A DNA stretch of 64,000 nt from Candidatus Fimenecus sp. Lineage in GTDB: Bacteria > Bacillota > Clostridia > Oscillospirales > Acutalibacteraceae. The position numbers and the translations under genes are program-made. Under the pieces are notes generated by a model. That model made no database searches. It was not told the DNA's origin and was given only the letters and a program-made list of their open reading frames with translations. Of this stretch, positions 9,585-19,339 are shown piece by piece (the stretch's first letter is position 1; every line of letters begins with the position of its first letter). The stretch spans positions 8,234 to 72,233 of the forward strand of contig JAZNWU010000027.1 in NCBI GenBank assembly GCA_045593555.1, given 5' to 3'.

Positions 9585-9648
9585 TTTGTTGGAAAATTCA
9601 TTTTGCACTTTGCGCTTTGCATTTTGCACTTATAAATTTCCCAACAAA
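9585..9648. repeat. REP-like intergenic element: 14-nt inverted arms around tandem GCAAA-type heptamers
   Basis: Arms are TTTGTTGGAAAATT and AAATTTCCCAACAAA. The loop is TTTGCAC TTTGCGC TTTGCAT TTTGCAC. Confidence 0.5.
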
Positions 9649-9661
9649 TTATAATCCGACA

Positions 9662-9695
9662 CAAAAACACCGGGTATTCGCACTGAACACCCGGT
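9662..9695 (-). terminator. Intrinsic terminator of proS
   Basis: 7-bp stem ACCGGGT/ACCCGGT with a 13-nt loop. GTTTTTGT follows on the minus strand, 19 nt after the proS stop. Confidence 0.5.
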
Positions 9696-9713
9696 AAAAT
9701 GTTTTTATTAAAA

Positions 9714-11150
9714 TTAATATGCCTTGCCCCAATAGAGCATTTTATCTGCAGGTTTGCCACAGCAAACACACTTATCAGCAACTTTTTCCTGAACGAAAGG
9801 AATACAACGTGATGTAACACCTGCCTGCTCTTTAAGAGCATCTTCACATTCACGGTCACCACACCACATAGCCTTAATAAATCCAGGCTTGTTTTCTGCT
9901 GTTTCAATCATTTCGTCCATATCGTGAGCAACATAAGTCATGTTATTACGACGTTCGAGTGCTGCATTGAAAAGACCATCGTGAACCATTTGTAAAAGTT
10001 CAGGAATCTTTGTCTGGAGTTCATCAAGAGATACGAAATATTTTTCTCTTGTATCACGACGAACAACAACACATTGATTATTTTCAATATCACGAGGACC
10101 TAACTCAAGTCTGAGTGGAACACCCTTCATTTCATATTCAGCGTACTTCCAACCAGGTGAATTATCTGAAAGGTCGATTTTAGCTCTGCAAATCTTCTTG
10201 AGATTTTCATAAACTTCAGTTGCTTTTTCTTTTACACCAGGTTTATGACTTGCAACAGGAATAACAACTATCTGAACAGGAGCAACTTTTGGTGGTAAAA
10301 CAAGACCATTATCATCACCATGAGTCATAATAAGAGCACCGATAAGACGAGTTGTGCATCCCCATGATGTCTGGAACGGATGCTTTAACTTATTATCCTT
10401 ATCCTGGAACTGAATTCCGAAAGCCTTTGCAAAACCATCACCAAAATAATGGCTTGTACCTGACTGCAAAGCTTTACCGTCATGCATAAGTGCTTCGATT
10501 GTATATGTATCCTCTGCACCTGCAAAACGTTCTTTTGCTGTTTTAACACCTTTAACAACAGGCATTGCAAGACAGTTTTTGCAGAAATCTGCATAAACAT
10601 TAAGCATTCTGATTGTTTCTTCCTGTGCTTCTTCTGCTGTTGCATGAATTGTATGGCCTTCCTGCCACAAAAATTCTCTTGTACGAAGGAAAGGTCTTGT
10701 AGTCTTTTCCCAACGAACAACAGAAACCCACTGATTGTAGAGTTTTGGAAGATCACGATAAGATTGAATTATGTTTGCATAGTGCTCACAGAAAAGTGTT
10801 TCAGAAGTAGGTCGAACACAAAGACGCTCTTCAAGTTTTTCACTACCACCATGAGTTACCCAGGCAACTTCAGGAGCAAAGCCTTCAACATGGTCCTTTT
10901 CCTTATTCAAAAGACTTTCGGGGATAAACATAGGCATACAAACATTTTCGTGTCCTGTTTCCTTGAACATCTCATCAAGTGTTTTCTGAATGTTTTCCCA
11001 GATTGCATAGCCATAAGGTCGAATAACCATACATCCTTTAACGCTGGTGTATTCAACTAACTCTGCTTTTTTTACAACGTCGGTGTACCATTTGGCAAAA
11101 TCCACGTCCATTGAGGTGATTTCTTCAACCATCTTTTTTTGTTCAGCCAT
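9714..11150 (-). CDS. proS: Prolyl-tRNA synthetase, archaeal/eukaryote-like type (no INS editing domain)
   Basis: 478 aa. Class II motifs [14 protein letters not shown] and GTSHYFG, and the C-terminal Cys cluster ending ...YWGKAY. Confidence 0.95.
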   Translation of the reverse strand: MAEQKKMVEEITSMDVDFAKWYTDVVKKAELVEYTSVKGCMVIRPYGYAIWENIQKTLDEMFKETGHENVCMPMFIPESLLNKEKDHVEGFAPEVAWVTHGGSEKLEERLCVRPTSETLFCEHYANIIQSYRDLPKLYNQWVSVVRWEKTTRPFLRTREFLWQEGHTIHATAEEAQEETIRMLNVYADFCKNCLAMPVVKGVKTAKERFAGAEDTYTIEALMHDGKALQSGTSHYFGDGFAKAFGIQFQDKDNKLKHPFQTSWGCTTRLIGALIMTHGDDNGLVLPPKVAPVQIVVIPVASHKPGVKEKATEVYENLKKICRAKIDLSDNSPGWKYAEYEMKGVPLRLELGPRDIENNQCVVVRRDTREKYFVSLDELQTKIPELLQMVHDGLFNAALERRNNMTYVAHDMDEMIETAENKPGFIKAMWCGDRECEDALKEQAGVTSRCIPFVQEKVADKCVCCGKPADKMLYWGKAY

Positions 11151-11169
11151 TTTTTCTTCCTTACTTTCT

Positions 11170-11205
11170 ATAAAAGATACAGGGACAAAAATTATCTGTC
11201 CCTGT
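11170..11205 (-). terminator. Intrinsic terminator after the ACP gene
   Basis: 9-bp stem ACAGGGACA/TGTCCCTGT followed by ATCTTTTAT on the minus strand. Confidence 0.55.
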
Positions 11206-11232
11206 TAATATAATTTAAATTAAAATTGTTAA

Positions 11233-11457
11233 TTAGTTTTCTTCGATAAACTTAACAATATCGGCAACAGTTCTAATATTTTCAAGCTCTTCGTCGGAGA
11301 TTTCCATATCGAACTCATCCTCAAGAGTCATAACAAGGTCTGCAAGGTCAATACTATCAGCACCAAGGTCTTCAAGAAGAACAGAATCCAAAGTAACAAC
11401 ATCTTCATCTAATTCAAGTTGGTCACAAATAATTGCACGAACTTTTTCGAATACCAT
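11233..11457 (-). CDS. acpP: Acyl carrier protein (free-standing, not next to fab genes)
   Basis: 74 aa from ATG 11457, with a GGAGGTG RBS upstream; the tracked ORF begins 18 nt earlier. [19 protein letters not shown] is the phosphopantetheine attachment motif. Confidence 0.85.
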   Translation of the reverse strand: MVFEKVRAIICDQLELDEDVVTLDSVLLEDLGADSIDLADLVMTLEDEFDMEISDEELENIRTVADIVKFIEEN

Positions 11458-11471
11458 ACTCACACCTCCGT

Positions 11472-13049
11472 TCAAATTCTTTTACTCATATAATAGTAAG
11501 TTTTTTTATTGAATTTGTCAACACTTTTATTGTTTTTTGTAAAATCTTCAAGTGTTGTAAAGTCAACTCCCTTTACATCTTTAACTAAATCATAGAATGT
11601 TTTGCAGATTTCAACACATCCGTTTTCAGCATCACTTTCAGTATTAAACGGCATAACGGGGTCGTGAACAGACAGACGAAGTAAAAACCAGCCGTTTCTT
11701 TTTTCATCATTGAAAGAAACACGCACACCTTCATAATTATCCGGTGCCAGAATCATTTCGTCATCATTCTCTGCAATAGTCTTTATATCATCAATAAGTT
11801 TTTCGCCGATTTCTCTGAAATTATCTTCAGTAATATTAAAACGAAGTTCTTTTTCTTCCAAAGGCTTTTTAAGTATTGAAATGCAATCGCCGATTTTCTT
11901 GTTCTCTTTACGAAGCACTGCTGCCTTGATTATGATTTTTGTAACAAGATATGCCCCATCGTCAAGATAATAATTTTCCTTAAATGCAGCGTGACCGGAT
12001 GTTTCAATAGCCAGTGGTGTATTTTCTCCAAGATTTGTACGACGAACAGCCTCGTCAATTACATTTTTATATCCACGCTTAAATCGAATATGCTTACCAC
12101 CAAGTGTGTCTTCAATAAACTCACGAAGTCCATCACTTGTAACGGAGTCAGTAACAATACTGCCACCTTCATTTCCTTCAAGAGCAATTACCGAAGCCAA
12201 TGCAACAATAGCATTTCTGTTGATTTCCTCACCTTTTTCGTCAACACAAGATGCACGGTCAACGTCTGTGTCAAAAATCACACCTAAGTCACAATTATTT
12301 TCTACGGTTGCCTTACGGATAAATTCCATAGCAACTTTATTTTCAGGATTTGGAATATGATTAGGAAACATTCCGTCAGGGTCTAAAAACTGACTTGCAG
12401 ATACATCTGCACCCAAAGGTTCTAACACTTCAGTTGCAAAAAATCCACCGACACCATTACCTGCATCAACTGCTATTTTAAATCCGTTAAGAGGTTTTTC
12501 ATAATCGTCAGCATTTACACCTTGCTTAATCATATTGCGAAGTATCTCTGCATATTCGCAAATATAATCAATTTCTGTAACAGTTCCTTGATTATCCGTT
12601 GTTTCGCAAGGTTCTGTTTCTGCAAATTGCAGAATTTGTTTTAACTCATCACCTGATAAGCCACCATCACGAGTAAAGAATTTAAGTCCATTTCTGTCAT
12701 ATGGATGATGACTTGCTGTAATCTGAATTGCACCGTCACAGTTTCTTGTGACAGTAGTCATAAACATAGCAGGAGTTGAACAATATGAGCAATTAAGCAC
12801 ATTTACACCCATACCACTTACAACAGAGATTACTGCTTCTCTGATTCTATCAGCAGAAATTCTTGAATCGTGACCTACTGAAACAGTTAAGTCTTTATAA
12901 TCTTTTCCTGTTTTTTTGCTCAAAAAATTGATAAATGCTGTTGAAATAAACTTTACAACATCATCTGTCAACTGAATTTCAGGATACTTTTCTGTTGCAA
13001 CTGCAACGCCACGAACATCAGTACCACTTTTTAAATGCATAAGTTTCAT
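11472..13049 (-). CDS. Phosphoglucomutase/phosphomannomutase-family phosphohexomutase
   Basis: 525 aa. Active-site loop [11 protein letters not shown], metal loop FDTDVDR, sugar loop ETSGH. ATGA overlap with the upstream gene. Confidence 0.85.
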   Translation of the reverse strand: MKLMHLKSGTDVRGVAVATEKYPEIQLTDDVVKFISTAFINFLSKKTGKDYKDLTVSVGHDSRISADRIREAVISVVSGMGVNVLNCSYCSTPAMFMTTVTRNCDGAIQITASHHPYDRNGLKFFTRDGGLSGDELKQILQFAETEPCETTDNQGTVTEIDYICEYAEILRNMIKQGVNADDYEKPLNGFKIAVDAGNGVGGFFATEVLEPLGADVSASQFLDPDGMFPNHIPNPENKVAMEFIRKATVENNCDLGVIFDTDVDRASCVDEKGEEINRNAIVALASVIALEGNEGGSIVTDSVTSDGLREFIEDTLGGKHIRFKRGYKNVIDEAVRRTNLGENTPLAIETSGHAAFKENYYLDDGAYLVTKIIIKAAVLRKENKKIGDCISILKKPLEEKELRFNITEDNFREIGEKLIDDIKTIAENDDEMILAPDNYEGVRVSFNDEKRNGWFLLRLSVHDPVMPFNTESDAENGCVEICKTFYDLVKDVKGVDFTTLEDFTKNNKSVDKFNKKTYYYMSKRI

Positions 13050-14317
13050 TTTATTAATCCCCTTTTAAGCATTTCTTCGGTTGCAAGCATTACACCAATT
13101 TTACCACTATGGAAATTAAGTCCACCTTGCATCCATACTGCATAAGGCTCACGGAGAGGTGCATCAGCAGAAAGTTCAATTGACGAACCTGATGTAAATG
13201 CACCTGCTGACATAATAACCTGACTGTCATAACCAGGCATATCCCAAGGTTCAGGAGTTACATAGGAATCAACAGGAGCACCTTTCTGAAGTCCTTGACA
13301 GAATGCAATAAGATTTTCCGAATTTTCAAGACAGATTGCCTGAATAATATCGTGACGGTCTTCTTCAATAGTTGGTGTCACCTTAAATCCTAATTCTGTA
13401 TATACAGATGCAGCAAAAACTGCAGTTTTAAGTGCTTCACCAACAACATGAGGAGCATTAAAAAGCCCCATAAACACACTTCTGTTCTGTCCCAGTGTTG
13501 CACCCACCTCAGTTCCAAGTCCGGGAGTTGTAAGACGATATCCACAAAGCTCAACTAAATCCTTACGACCTGCAATATATCCACCACAAGCAGCAATACC
13601 GCCACCTGCATTCTTTATAAGTGAACCTGCCATTAAGTCAGCACCAACTTCAGTTGGCTCAAGTTTTTCTGTAAATTCACCATAGCAGTTATCAACCATA
13701 ACGATTGCTCTTTTATTAACTCTATGTACAATTTCGCAAACTTTTTCGATTTCAGCAATCGAAATTGTGTGACGAAGTGAATATCCACGAGAACGCTGAA
13801 TATATACCATTCTTACATCTTTATCTTTTGCACAATATTCAATGGCATCATAGTCGAGTTCATCATCTTCAGTTAAATCAATCTGTTGGTATGTTACACC
13901 AAAATCTGCAAGTGTACCATCACCCATATTTTTTCCACTAAGACCAATAGTTGAATGAAGTGTGTCATATGGTGCACCTGTTACACAAAGCATGGTATCA
14001 TTTGGTCGTAAAATTCCATAAAGGCAAACTGCAAGGGTATGTGTGCCACTTGCCAAAGCACCAGCACGGATAATTGCACTTTCTGCACCAAAAATATCTG
14101 CAGTAAGCACATCAAGTTTTTCTCTGCCTTTATCAGAATACCCATATCCCGTTGTTGTATTAAAATCTGTTTCATCAACTCTGTTTCTGATAAATGCAGA
14201 AAGGACTTTTTGCTGATTATATTCAGTTAACTCATCAATTCTTCCAAAAACTGTTTCTGCTTTTTTTAGCGCTGTCGCAGAAAGGTCTTTTACTCTTTCG
14301 CTGATTTCAAAAAACAT
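13046..14317 (-). CDS. YnbB / aluminium-resistance-type PLP enzyme (methionine gamma-lyase fold)
   Basis: 423 aa. QQKVLSAFIRNRV, TGYGYSDKGREKLD and the lysine loop GSLIKNAGGG are characteristic of the YnbB family. Confidence 0.8.
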   Translation of the reverse strand: MFFEISERVKDLSATALKKAETVFGRIDELTEYNQQKVLSAFIRNRVDETDFNTTTGYGYSDKGREKLDVLTADIFGAESAIIRAGALASGTHTLAVCLYGILRPNDTMLCVTGAPYDTLHSTIGLSGKNMGDGTLADFGVTYQQIDLTEDDELDYDAIEYCAKDKDVRMVYIQRSRGYSLRHTISIAEIEKVCEIVHRVNKRAIVMVDNCYGEFTEKLEPTEVGADLMAGSLIKNAGGGIAACGGYIAGRKDLVELCGYRLTTPGLGTEVGATLGQNRSVFMGLFNAPHVVGEALKTAVFAASVYTELGFKVTPTIEEDRHDIIQAICLENSENLIAFCQGLQKGAPVDSYVTPEPWDMPGYDSQVIMSAGAFTSGSSIELSADAPLREPYAVWMQGGLNFHSGKIGVMLATEEMLKRGLIK

Positions 14318-14323
14318 TTTGCA

Positions 14324-15007
14324 CTATCCTTTATAATCATATATTCCTTTTGCGATTTCAAAACCACATTTTTTATAGAATTCTAAATTATGTTCCTTGG
14401 AAACAAGGTACACATTTTCTTTTTTTGAAAGCTTTAGTAATTTTTCAACTATTTGCTTTCCATATCCTTGATTTCGATATTTCTCATTAGTGTAAACATC
14501 AGTTATTAAAGATATTTTTTGACTAAACGTGATAAACCCACCACTGATTATCTCATTTCCATTACTGATTATTGCACCTTCACACTTGCCCATACTGTTC
14601 AACAAGGATTTGAAGGCTACAATTTCATTATGCTTGTCCTTATCATAATTATTAAGGCTTTTGATTTTCATATAATCTGCTCTATCAATGCCCTTTTCCG
14701 AACTTTTGCATATTACAGATTTTTTCAATAGATATTTTTTATCTATTTGCGATTGGTTGTTTTTCTCAACTATGAAATCAAGTTCTGTTTTGTCACTATT
14801 TGTATCTGCAAAAACAATACTTTTTCCATTTTTGCTCGTAGCAACAACGGCTGTCATATCATTATTCTCATTAAACTGAACCCAGACAACGCCATCATTA
14901 AGCCTTATTCCGTCGCAAAGTCCCGTTAAAGCAATGAACTCGGCATAATCATCCTCACCAAGATAGTTAAAAATTGACTCGTCAATAAACTGGAGTGATT
15001 TAACCAT
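14324..15007 (-). CDS. GNAT-family N-acetyltransferase with uncharacterised N-terminal half
   Basis: 227 aa from ATG 15007, with an 8-nt ATGGTTAA overlap with the upstream stop. Motif A is YRNQGYGKQIVEKLL. Confidence 0.6.
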   Translation of the reverse strand: MVKSLQFIDESIFNYLGEDDYAEFIALTGLCDGIRLNDGVVWVQFNENNDMTAVVATSKNGKSIVFADTNSDKTELDFIVEKNNQSQIDKKYLLKKSVICKSSEKGIDRADYMKIKSLNNYDKDKHNEIVAFKSLLNSMGKCEGAIISNGNEIISGGFITFSQKISLITDVYTNEKYRNQGYGKQIVEKLLKLSKKENVYLVSKEHNLEFYKKCGFEIAKGIYDYKG

Positions 15008-16016
15008 TGGCAAATTCCTCAAGTAAAACCTCACAGAGTGATTTTACTGCTTCCATATCCTTTTTACTTCCCACAGAAGATGCAGAATGAATGTATCTGC
15101 AAGGCAAAGAAACTGCGACAGTTTTGATTCCACCTGCTGCTTTATGAATAGCAGCAGCGTCATTTCCCCCTGCTACAACTGTTTTCGTCTGATTTGGAAT
15201 ACCATTTTTATCGGCAAGTTCTCTTGCCTTTTTATATAAGTCTATGTTGTAAATTGTGCCTCTGTCCATAAAAGATACAACTGCACCGTTACCTACCTTG
15301 CAAACCTTTTTATTTTCAGGTGTATCAGGAATATCAGATGCTGTTGTTGTTTCGATAACAATAGCATAATCAGGTTTTACTGTATATGCTGATGCAATAG
15401 CTCCTCGAGTCCCAACCTCTTCCTGAACCGTGAAAACACAAGTATAGTCAATTTTTGACTTCTCATGTAGAAGCTCAAGCATAATAGCACATCCAAGACG
15501 GTCATCAGTGGCTTTTGATTTAATCATGTCATTACCGAATTCAATGAAATCTGATTTGAAATAACCATAATCGCCAAGGTTTAGATGATTTTCTGCTATT
15601 TCCTTGCTTTCAAAACCGAAATCAACATAAACATCACTAATTTCAGGGGTTTTCTTTGCCTCATCACCTGAGCATTGGTGAATTGCTTTTCCACCAACTA
15701 CACCGATATTACCATTTACAGTTATTTTTTTACCAAACAATGCTGAATTATCAATTCCACCTACATTTGCCACATTAACAAAGCCATTTTCGTGAATGTA
15801 AGTAACAATAAAACCTACTTCATCCATATGAGCAAAGAGTGCAACTTTATTTTCGGGACTTGTTTCACCTTTTTTATTTACAATAAGATTGCCGACAGGG
15901 TCAACCGTATATTCACAGTCTTCAGGCAACTGTGAGATTATGAAATCTCTTACTTGTTTTTCGTCACCTGATGTACCATTAAGTTCACAAAGGGTTTTTA
16001 AAAGTTCAAAATTCAT
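15000..16016 (-). CDS. M42-family metallo-aminopeptidase (FrvX/CelM/YsdC-like)
   Basis: 338 aa. HMDEVGF, DDRLGC, QEEVGTRGA. Confidence 0.85.
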   Translation of the reverse strand: MNFELLKTLCELNGTSGDEKQVRDFIISQLPEDCEYTVDPVGNLIVNKKGETSPENKVALFAHMDEVGFIVTYIHENGFVNVANVGGIDNSALFGKKITVNGNIGVVGGKAIHQCSGDEAKKTPEISDVYVDFGFESKEIAENHLNLGDYGYFKSDFIEFGNDMIKSKATDDRLGCAIMLELLHEKSKIDYTCVFTVQEEVGTRGAIASAYTVKPDYAIVIETTTASDIPDTPENKKVCKVGNGAVVSFMDRGTIYNIDLYKKARELADKNGIPNQTKTVVAGGNDAAAIHKAAGGIKTVAVSLPCRYIHSASSVGSKKDMEAVKSLCEVLLEEFANG

Positions 16017-16020
16017 ATTC

Positions 16021-17013
16021 TCACACCCTTTCTAAAAACTCTGCAATAAGTTTTGCACAGGATTCGATGTCGCGAACATCAACTGTTTCAACAGGTGTAT
16101 GCATATATCTAATAGGAAGTGACACCAATACTGACGGAATACCACCTTTTGAAATTGTGATATGGTCAGCATTTGTACCCGTTCTTCCGTTCATAATTTC
16201 CTTCTGATAAGGAATATCTTTTTCTTTTGCTGTCTGTACAAGCAATTCTGTATATGCTCTGTCAAGAATTGGTGCATAGCCAATCATAGCACCACCATTC
16301 ATTTTTCCACATTCACTTTCTTTTGAATCAGGAGTTGTGGCAAAACTTACATCAACAGAAACTGACAAATCAGCCTGCACATTAAATGATGCACAAGTAG
16401 CACCTGCACCACCTGTTTCCTCCTGAGCAGAACAAACAAGCGTGATTTCATTCTCTGTCTTCGTATATTCAAGTGCTTTTAAAAGGACTGCAATTCCTCC
16501 ACGGTCATCAATATATGGTGAAGAAACGATATTTTCGTTAAGAACAGAAAAATTACTTCTGAATGATGCTCTGTCACCTATTGAAATGACTTTTTCTGCA
16601 TCTTCCTTTTTCATACCAATATCAACAACTGCAGTTCCGTCAGCAGAAACCTTATTTTCACCGTCGGAAAGATGTGGTGGCACTGTACAAACAACACCAT
16701 AAATATCCTTTTCTCCGTGAAGAGTCAATTCCATACCTTCGACAGTACGCATATCAACTCCACCGACTTTCTGCATACGAACGAAACCATCGTCGGTAAT
16801 ACCGGTTACAACAAAGCCTATTGTGTCAAGATGTGCATCAAGGAGAATGTGTTTTCCTGTACCATTGCGATGAATTATTATGTTTCCTGTTGTATCACAA
16901 GAAACATCACCATAAAGTGAAAAAAGCCCCTTTAAAGACTCAAAGGAGCTTGATTCTTCTCCTGCAACACCTGCAGGAGAAGTTAATTTTTCTAAAAGTT
17001 CAATAGTTGTCAT
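16021..17013 (-). CDS. M42-family metallo-aminopeptidase, paralogue
   Basis: 330 aa. HLDTIGFVV, DDRGG, QEETGGAG. Confidence 0.85.
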   Translation of the reverse strand: MTTIELLEKLTSPAGVAGEESSSFESLKGLFSLYGDVSCDTTGNIIIHRNGTGKHILLDAHLDTIGFVVTGITDDGFVRMQKVGGVDMRTVEGMELTLHGEKDIYGVVCTVPPHLSDGENKVSADGTAVVDIGMKKEDAEKVISIGDRASFRSNFSVLNENIVSSPYIDDRGGIAVLLKALEYTKTENEITLVCSAQEETGGAGATCASFNVQADLSVSVDVSFATTPDSKESECGKMNGGAMIGYAPILDRAYTELLVQTAKEKDIPYQKEIMNGRTGTNADHITISKGGIPSVLVSLPIRYMHTPVETVDVRDIESCAKLIAEFLERV

Positions 17014-17108
17014 TTAAATCAACCTTAATTTTATTGTTTGGTTTTATAATTTGTAGAAAATAACACCATATTACTATGTATTTACCGAATCAGGTATTTT
17101 TGAGCAGA

Positions 17109-17187
17109 TTTTTTGCAAGGCAATGTGGCAGAGGCGAAGCTGTATCAGGTATACTGCGAGCCGAAAGCCACGAAGCATTGCGAAAAA
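17109..17187. repeat. GC-rich REP-like imperfect palindrome in an AT-rich spacer
   Basis: TTTTTTGCAAGGCAATGTGGC ... GCCACGAAGCATTGCGAAAAA outer arms. ATCAGGTA occurs twice nearby. Confidence 0.4.
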
Positions 17188-17198
17188 TATGCCAAAAA

Positions 17199-18479
17199 TT
17201 AAACCTCTACGCCACCGACTGGTCTAATAATCAAAACGTAGCAACTGCCTTCACCAAAGATACTTTCCATTGCATTTTTGTAGTCTGCAAGAATATCCTT
17301 TGGAACGAACGCCTGAATTGTACCTGCAAATCCACCACCATGAACACGCCAAGCACCTTTTCCTTTAAGGATACTTTCGCTGATTGCAAGTGCTAATGAT
17401 ACAGGCTGTTCAAGAGGCTTTTTAACAGAAAATACATTCTGATTGTACTTGTATGAAGAATCTCCACTTTCAAGTATGTAAGATTTAAATGTTTCAAAAT
17501 CGCCATTCTTAAGAGCATCAACCTCTTTTAATACTCGTGCATTATCTGCAAAGAAGTGCATTGCACGAAGAACTGCTCTGTCACCAACTTTCTGGCGAAC
17601 CTCAGGGATATTTTTCTTGAACTCTTCTTCATCAACTTCACGAAGAACATTTTTACCAAATACACCTGCAACATTTTCCATTTCACTACGGATTGCAGCA
17701 TAATCGTCTGTCAAATCTGAATGACTGCCCTTTGTATCAACGATGCAAAGTGAATGACCTGATGATGCAAAATCAAATTTAACTTCATTAACTATTGGTT
17801 CAGCAGGATTATTGAAGTCGATTGTAACAAAACCACCTACTGAACAAGCCATCTGATCCATAAGTCCACAAGGTTTATCAAAATAAACATTTTCTGCATA
17901 CTGTGCAATTTTTGCGATTGTTATTGCATCAACCTGACCATCGTTATAGAGATAGTTGAGCATTGTGCCTACAAGCACTTCGTAAGCTGCAGAAGAAGAA
18001 AGTCCTGAACCTGAAAGAACGCTTGACATTGTAACAGCATCAAAGCCACCGATTTTATAGCCATATTTCAGGAAACCTGCACACATACCTCTTACGAGAG
18101 CAGGAGAATGACCCTTTTCCTCTTCTTTGATTTCAAGGTCAGTAATGTCGCAAACGTCCATTTTATATCCACGAGATTTTACACGAACGATATTTTCATC
18201 ATTTTTTGATGCAACAGCAACAGCATCAAGATTAATACCTGCAGCAAGAACCCGACCATGGTTATGGTCAGTATGATTTCCACCAACTTCTGTTCTACCC
18301 GGTGCTGAAAAGAGTCTTACTTCTCTGTCCTCGCTGAAAATCTCTGCAAAATCATTTGCAAGACTTACATATCTTTCGTGCTGTGCTTTAACAGCTTCTT
18401 CGGTAACATATACTCTCTTAAAACGAGCATCATACTCGCCATTCATAATTGCATCTTTAAGCATCTGAATCTTTGACAT
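17199..18479 (-). CDS. GHMP-family sugar kinase, galactokinase-like
   Basis: 426 aa. APGRTEVGGNHTDHNHG (galactokinase signature region) and GSGLSSSAA (GHMP motif II). AGGAGA RBS. Confidence 0.75.
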   Translation of the reverse strand: MSKIQMLKDAIMNGEYDARFKRVYVTEEAVKAQHERYVSLANDFAEIFSEDREVRLFSAPGRTEVGGNHTDHNHGRVLAAGINLDAVAVASKNDENIVRVKSRGYKMDVCDITDLEIKEEEKGHSPALVRGMCAGFLKYGYKIGGFDAVTMSSVLSGSGLSSSAAYEVLVGTMLNYLYNDGQVDAITIAKIAQYAENVYFDKPCGLMDQMACSVGGFVTIDFNNPAEPIVNEVKFDFASSGHSLCIVDTKGSHSDLTDDYAAIRSEMENVAGVFGKNVLREVDEEEFKKNIPEVRQKVGDRAVLRAMHFFADNARVLKEVDALKNGDFETFKSYILESGDSSYKYNQNVFSVKKPLEQPVSLALAISESILKGKGAWRVHGGGFAGTIQAFVPKDILADYKNAMESIFGEGSCYVLIIRPVGGVEV

Positions 18480-19209
18480 CTTTATTATCTCCTTTTCTTT
18501 CTTCTAATGCAAAATTGACAATCAGGGTTGCAACACCCGATAAAATTAACAAAAATATAATTGGTCCCATAAACTTCCATGTAAATGGTTGTGCAATATT
18601 TCCACCCATTACGGTGTAAACCCAGATTTTCGGGAAGAAACCTAAAAGCGAAGCAACCACAAAACCATCCAAAGGAAATTTCATCCCACCGTAAGCCTTG
18701 CTGACCATATTCATTGGTACTGACGGAATAAGTCGCAATGCCACAAGAACTCCTAATTTCGCCTTTCCGTGATGACTCATCATTTCACGGACATTGTCAT
18801 ATTTTTCAAGCTTTTTAATTGCTACACCACCATTGGTAGCCTTCCCCCAATAGTATGTTATTAAAAGAACTATTGTTGTTCCTATTGTATTTATAATAAT
18901 AGCGTTAACAGGTTTAAACATAACACCCGTCATCATCAATATAAAAGGGAATGGTATCGGCAAAACACCTCTGAGAACATACACTACTAAAATTGCAATA
19001 ACAATAAGGTACTTATTATCAAGTGCCATTATAAAGTCCTGCAACCTATCAAGAGTGTGCAGAAATTCAGCCCATCCTCCTTCTGCAACCTTGGTGCTCA
19101 TAATCATAGTAATAACACCTATTACAATTGCAGCAGCAAAAAGCCCTATTGATGTAAGGTTTAACGCTTTCTTTCTGTTAAGATTTTTCTTTTCCATTAA
19201 ATTCTCCAA
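18457..19209 (-). CDS. TVP38/TMEM64 (DedA-related) family membrane protein
   Basis: 250 aa, multi-TM, with LRLIPSVPMNMVSKAYG. The 3' end overlaps the kinase start by 23 nt. Confidence 0.7.
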   Translation of the reverse strand: MENLMEKKNLNRKKALNLTSIGLFAAAIVIGVITMIMSTKVAEGGWAEFLHTLDRLQDFIMALDNKYLIVIAILVVYVLRGVLPIPFPFILMMTGVMFKPVNAIIINTIGTTIVLLITYYWGKATNGGVAIKKLEKYDNVREMMSHHGKAKLGVLVALRLIPSVPMNMVSKAYGGMKFPLDGFVVASLLGFFPKIWVYTVMGGNIAQPFTWKFMGPIIFLLILSGVATLIVNFALEERKGDNKDVKDSDA

Positions 19210-19339
19210 TCAGAAAATTTCCATACACTGTAATTTTATAATATTTCTTAAAAAAGGTCAATGTTTTTGTTGTTATATTATATTAAAATATGTTAGAATA
19301 ATATGTAATATTAAGTTGATAAATAAAGGTTGTGTTTTT

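Noticed and set aside
9599-9633. Tandem TTTGCAC-type heptamers, checked as a possible CRISPR or other array
   Set aside because: There are only four 7-8-nt units with no spacers and no cas genes. This is far too short for CRISPR.
9545-9907. 120-aa minus-strand ORF spanning the proS 3' end and the downstream spacer
   Set aside because: It is out of frame with the well-supported proS gene and runs through the terminator and the GCAAA repeat element. No RBS is present.
11151-11232. T-box or other leader upstream of proS (and likewise upstream of gltX at 27255-27266)
   Set aside because: The spacers are 82 nt and 12 nt, and the first is occupied by the ACP terminator. There is no room for a ~200-nt T-box and no specifier or T-box motif is visible.
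17076-17396. 106-aa plus-strand ORF
   Set aside because: It starts inside the GC-rich REP-like element and continues antisense to the galactokinase-like gene. No RBS is present and the composition is Cys/Arg-rich nonsense.
18457-18479. 23-nt overlap between the TVP38-family gene end and the kinase gene start, checked as a possible frameshift or fusion
   Set aside because: Both reading frames are independently well supported: there is an AGGAGA RBS for the kinase and a complete membrane protein upstream. This is an ordinary gene overlap.
19055-19339. N-terminal 95-codon extension of the dehydrogenase ORF
   Set aside because: It is antisense to the TVP38-family gene and to the divergent promoter region. 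Homology to 2-hydroxyacid dehydrogenases begins exactly at TTG 19340 (KIVVLDS...), which has an RBS.
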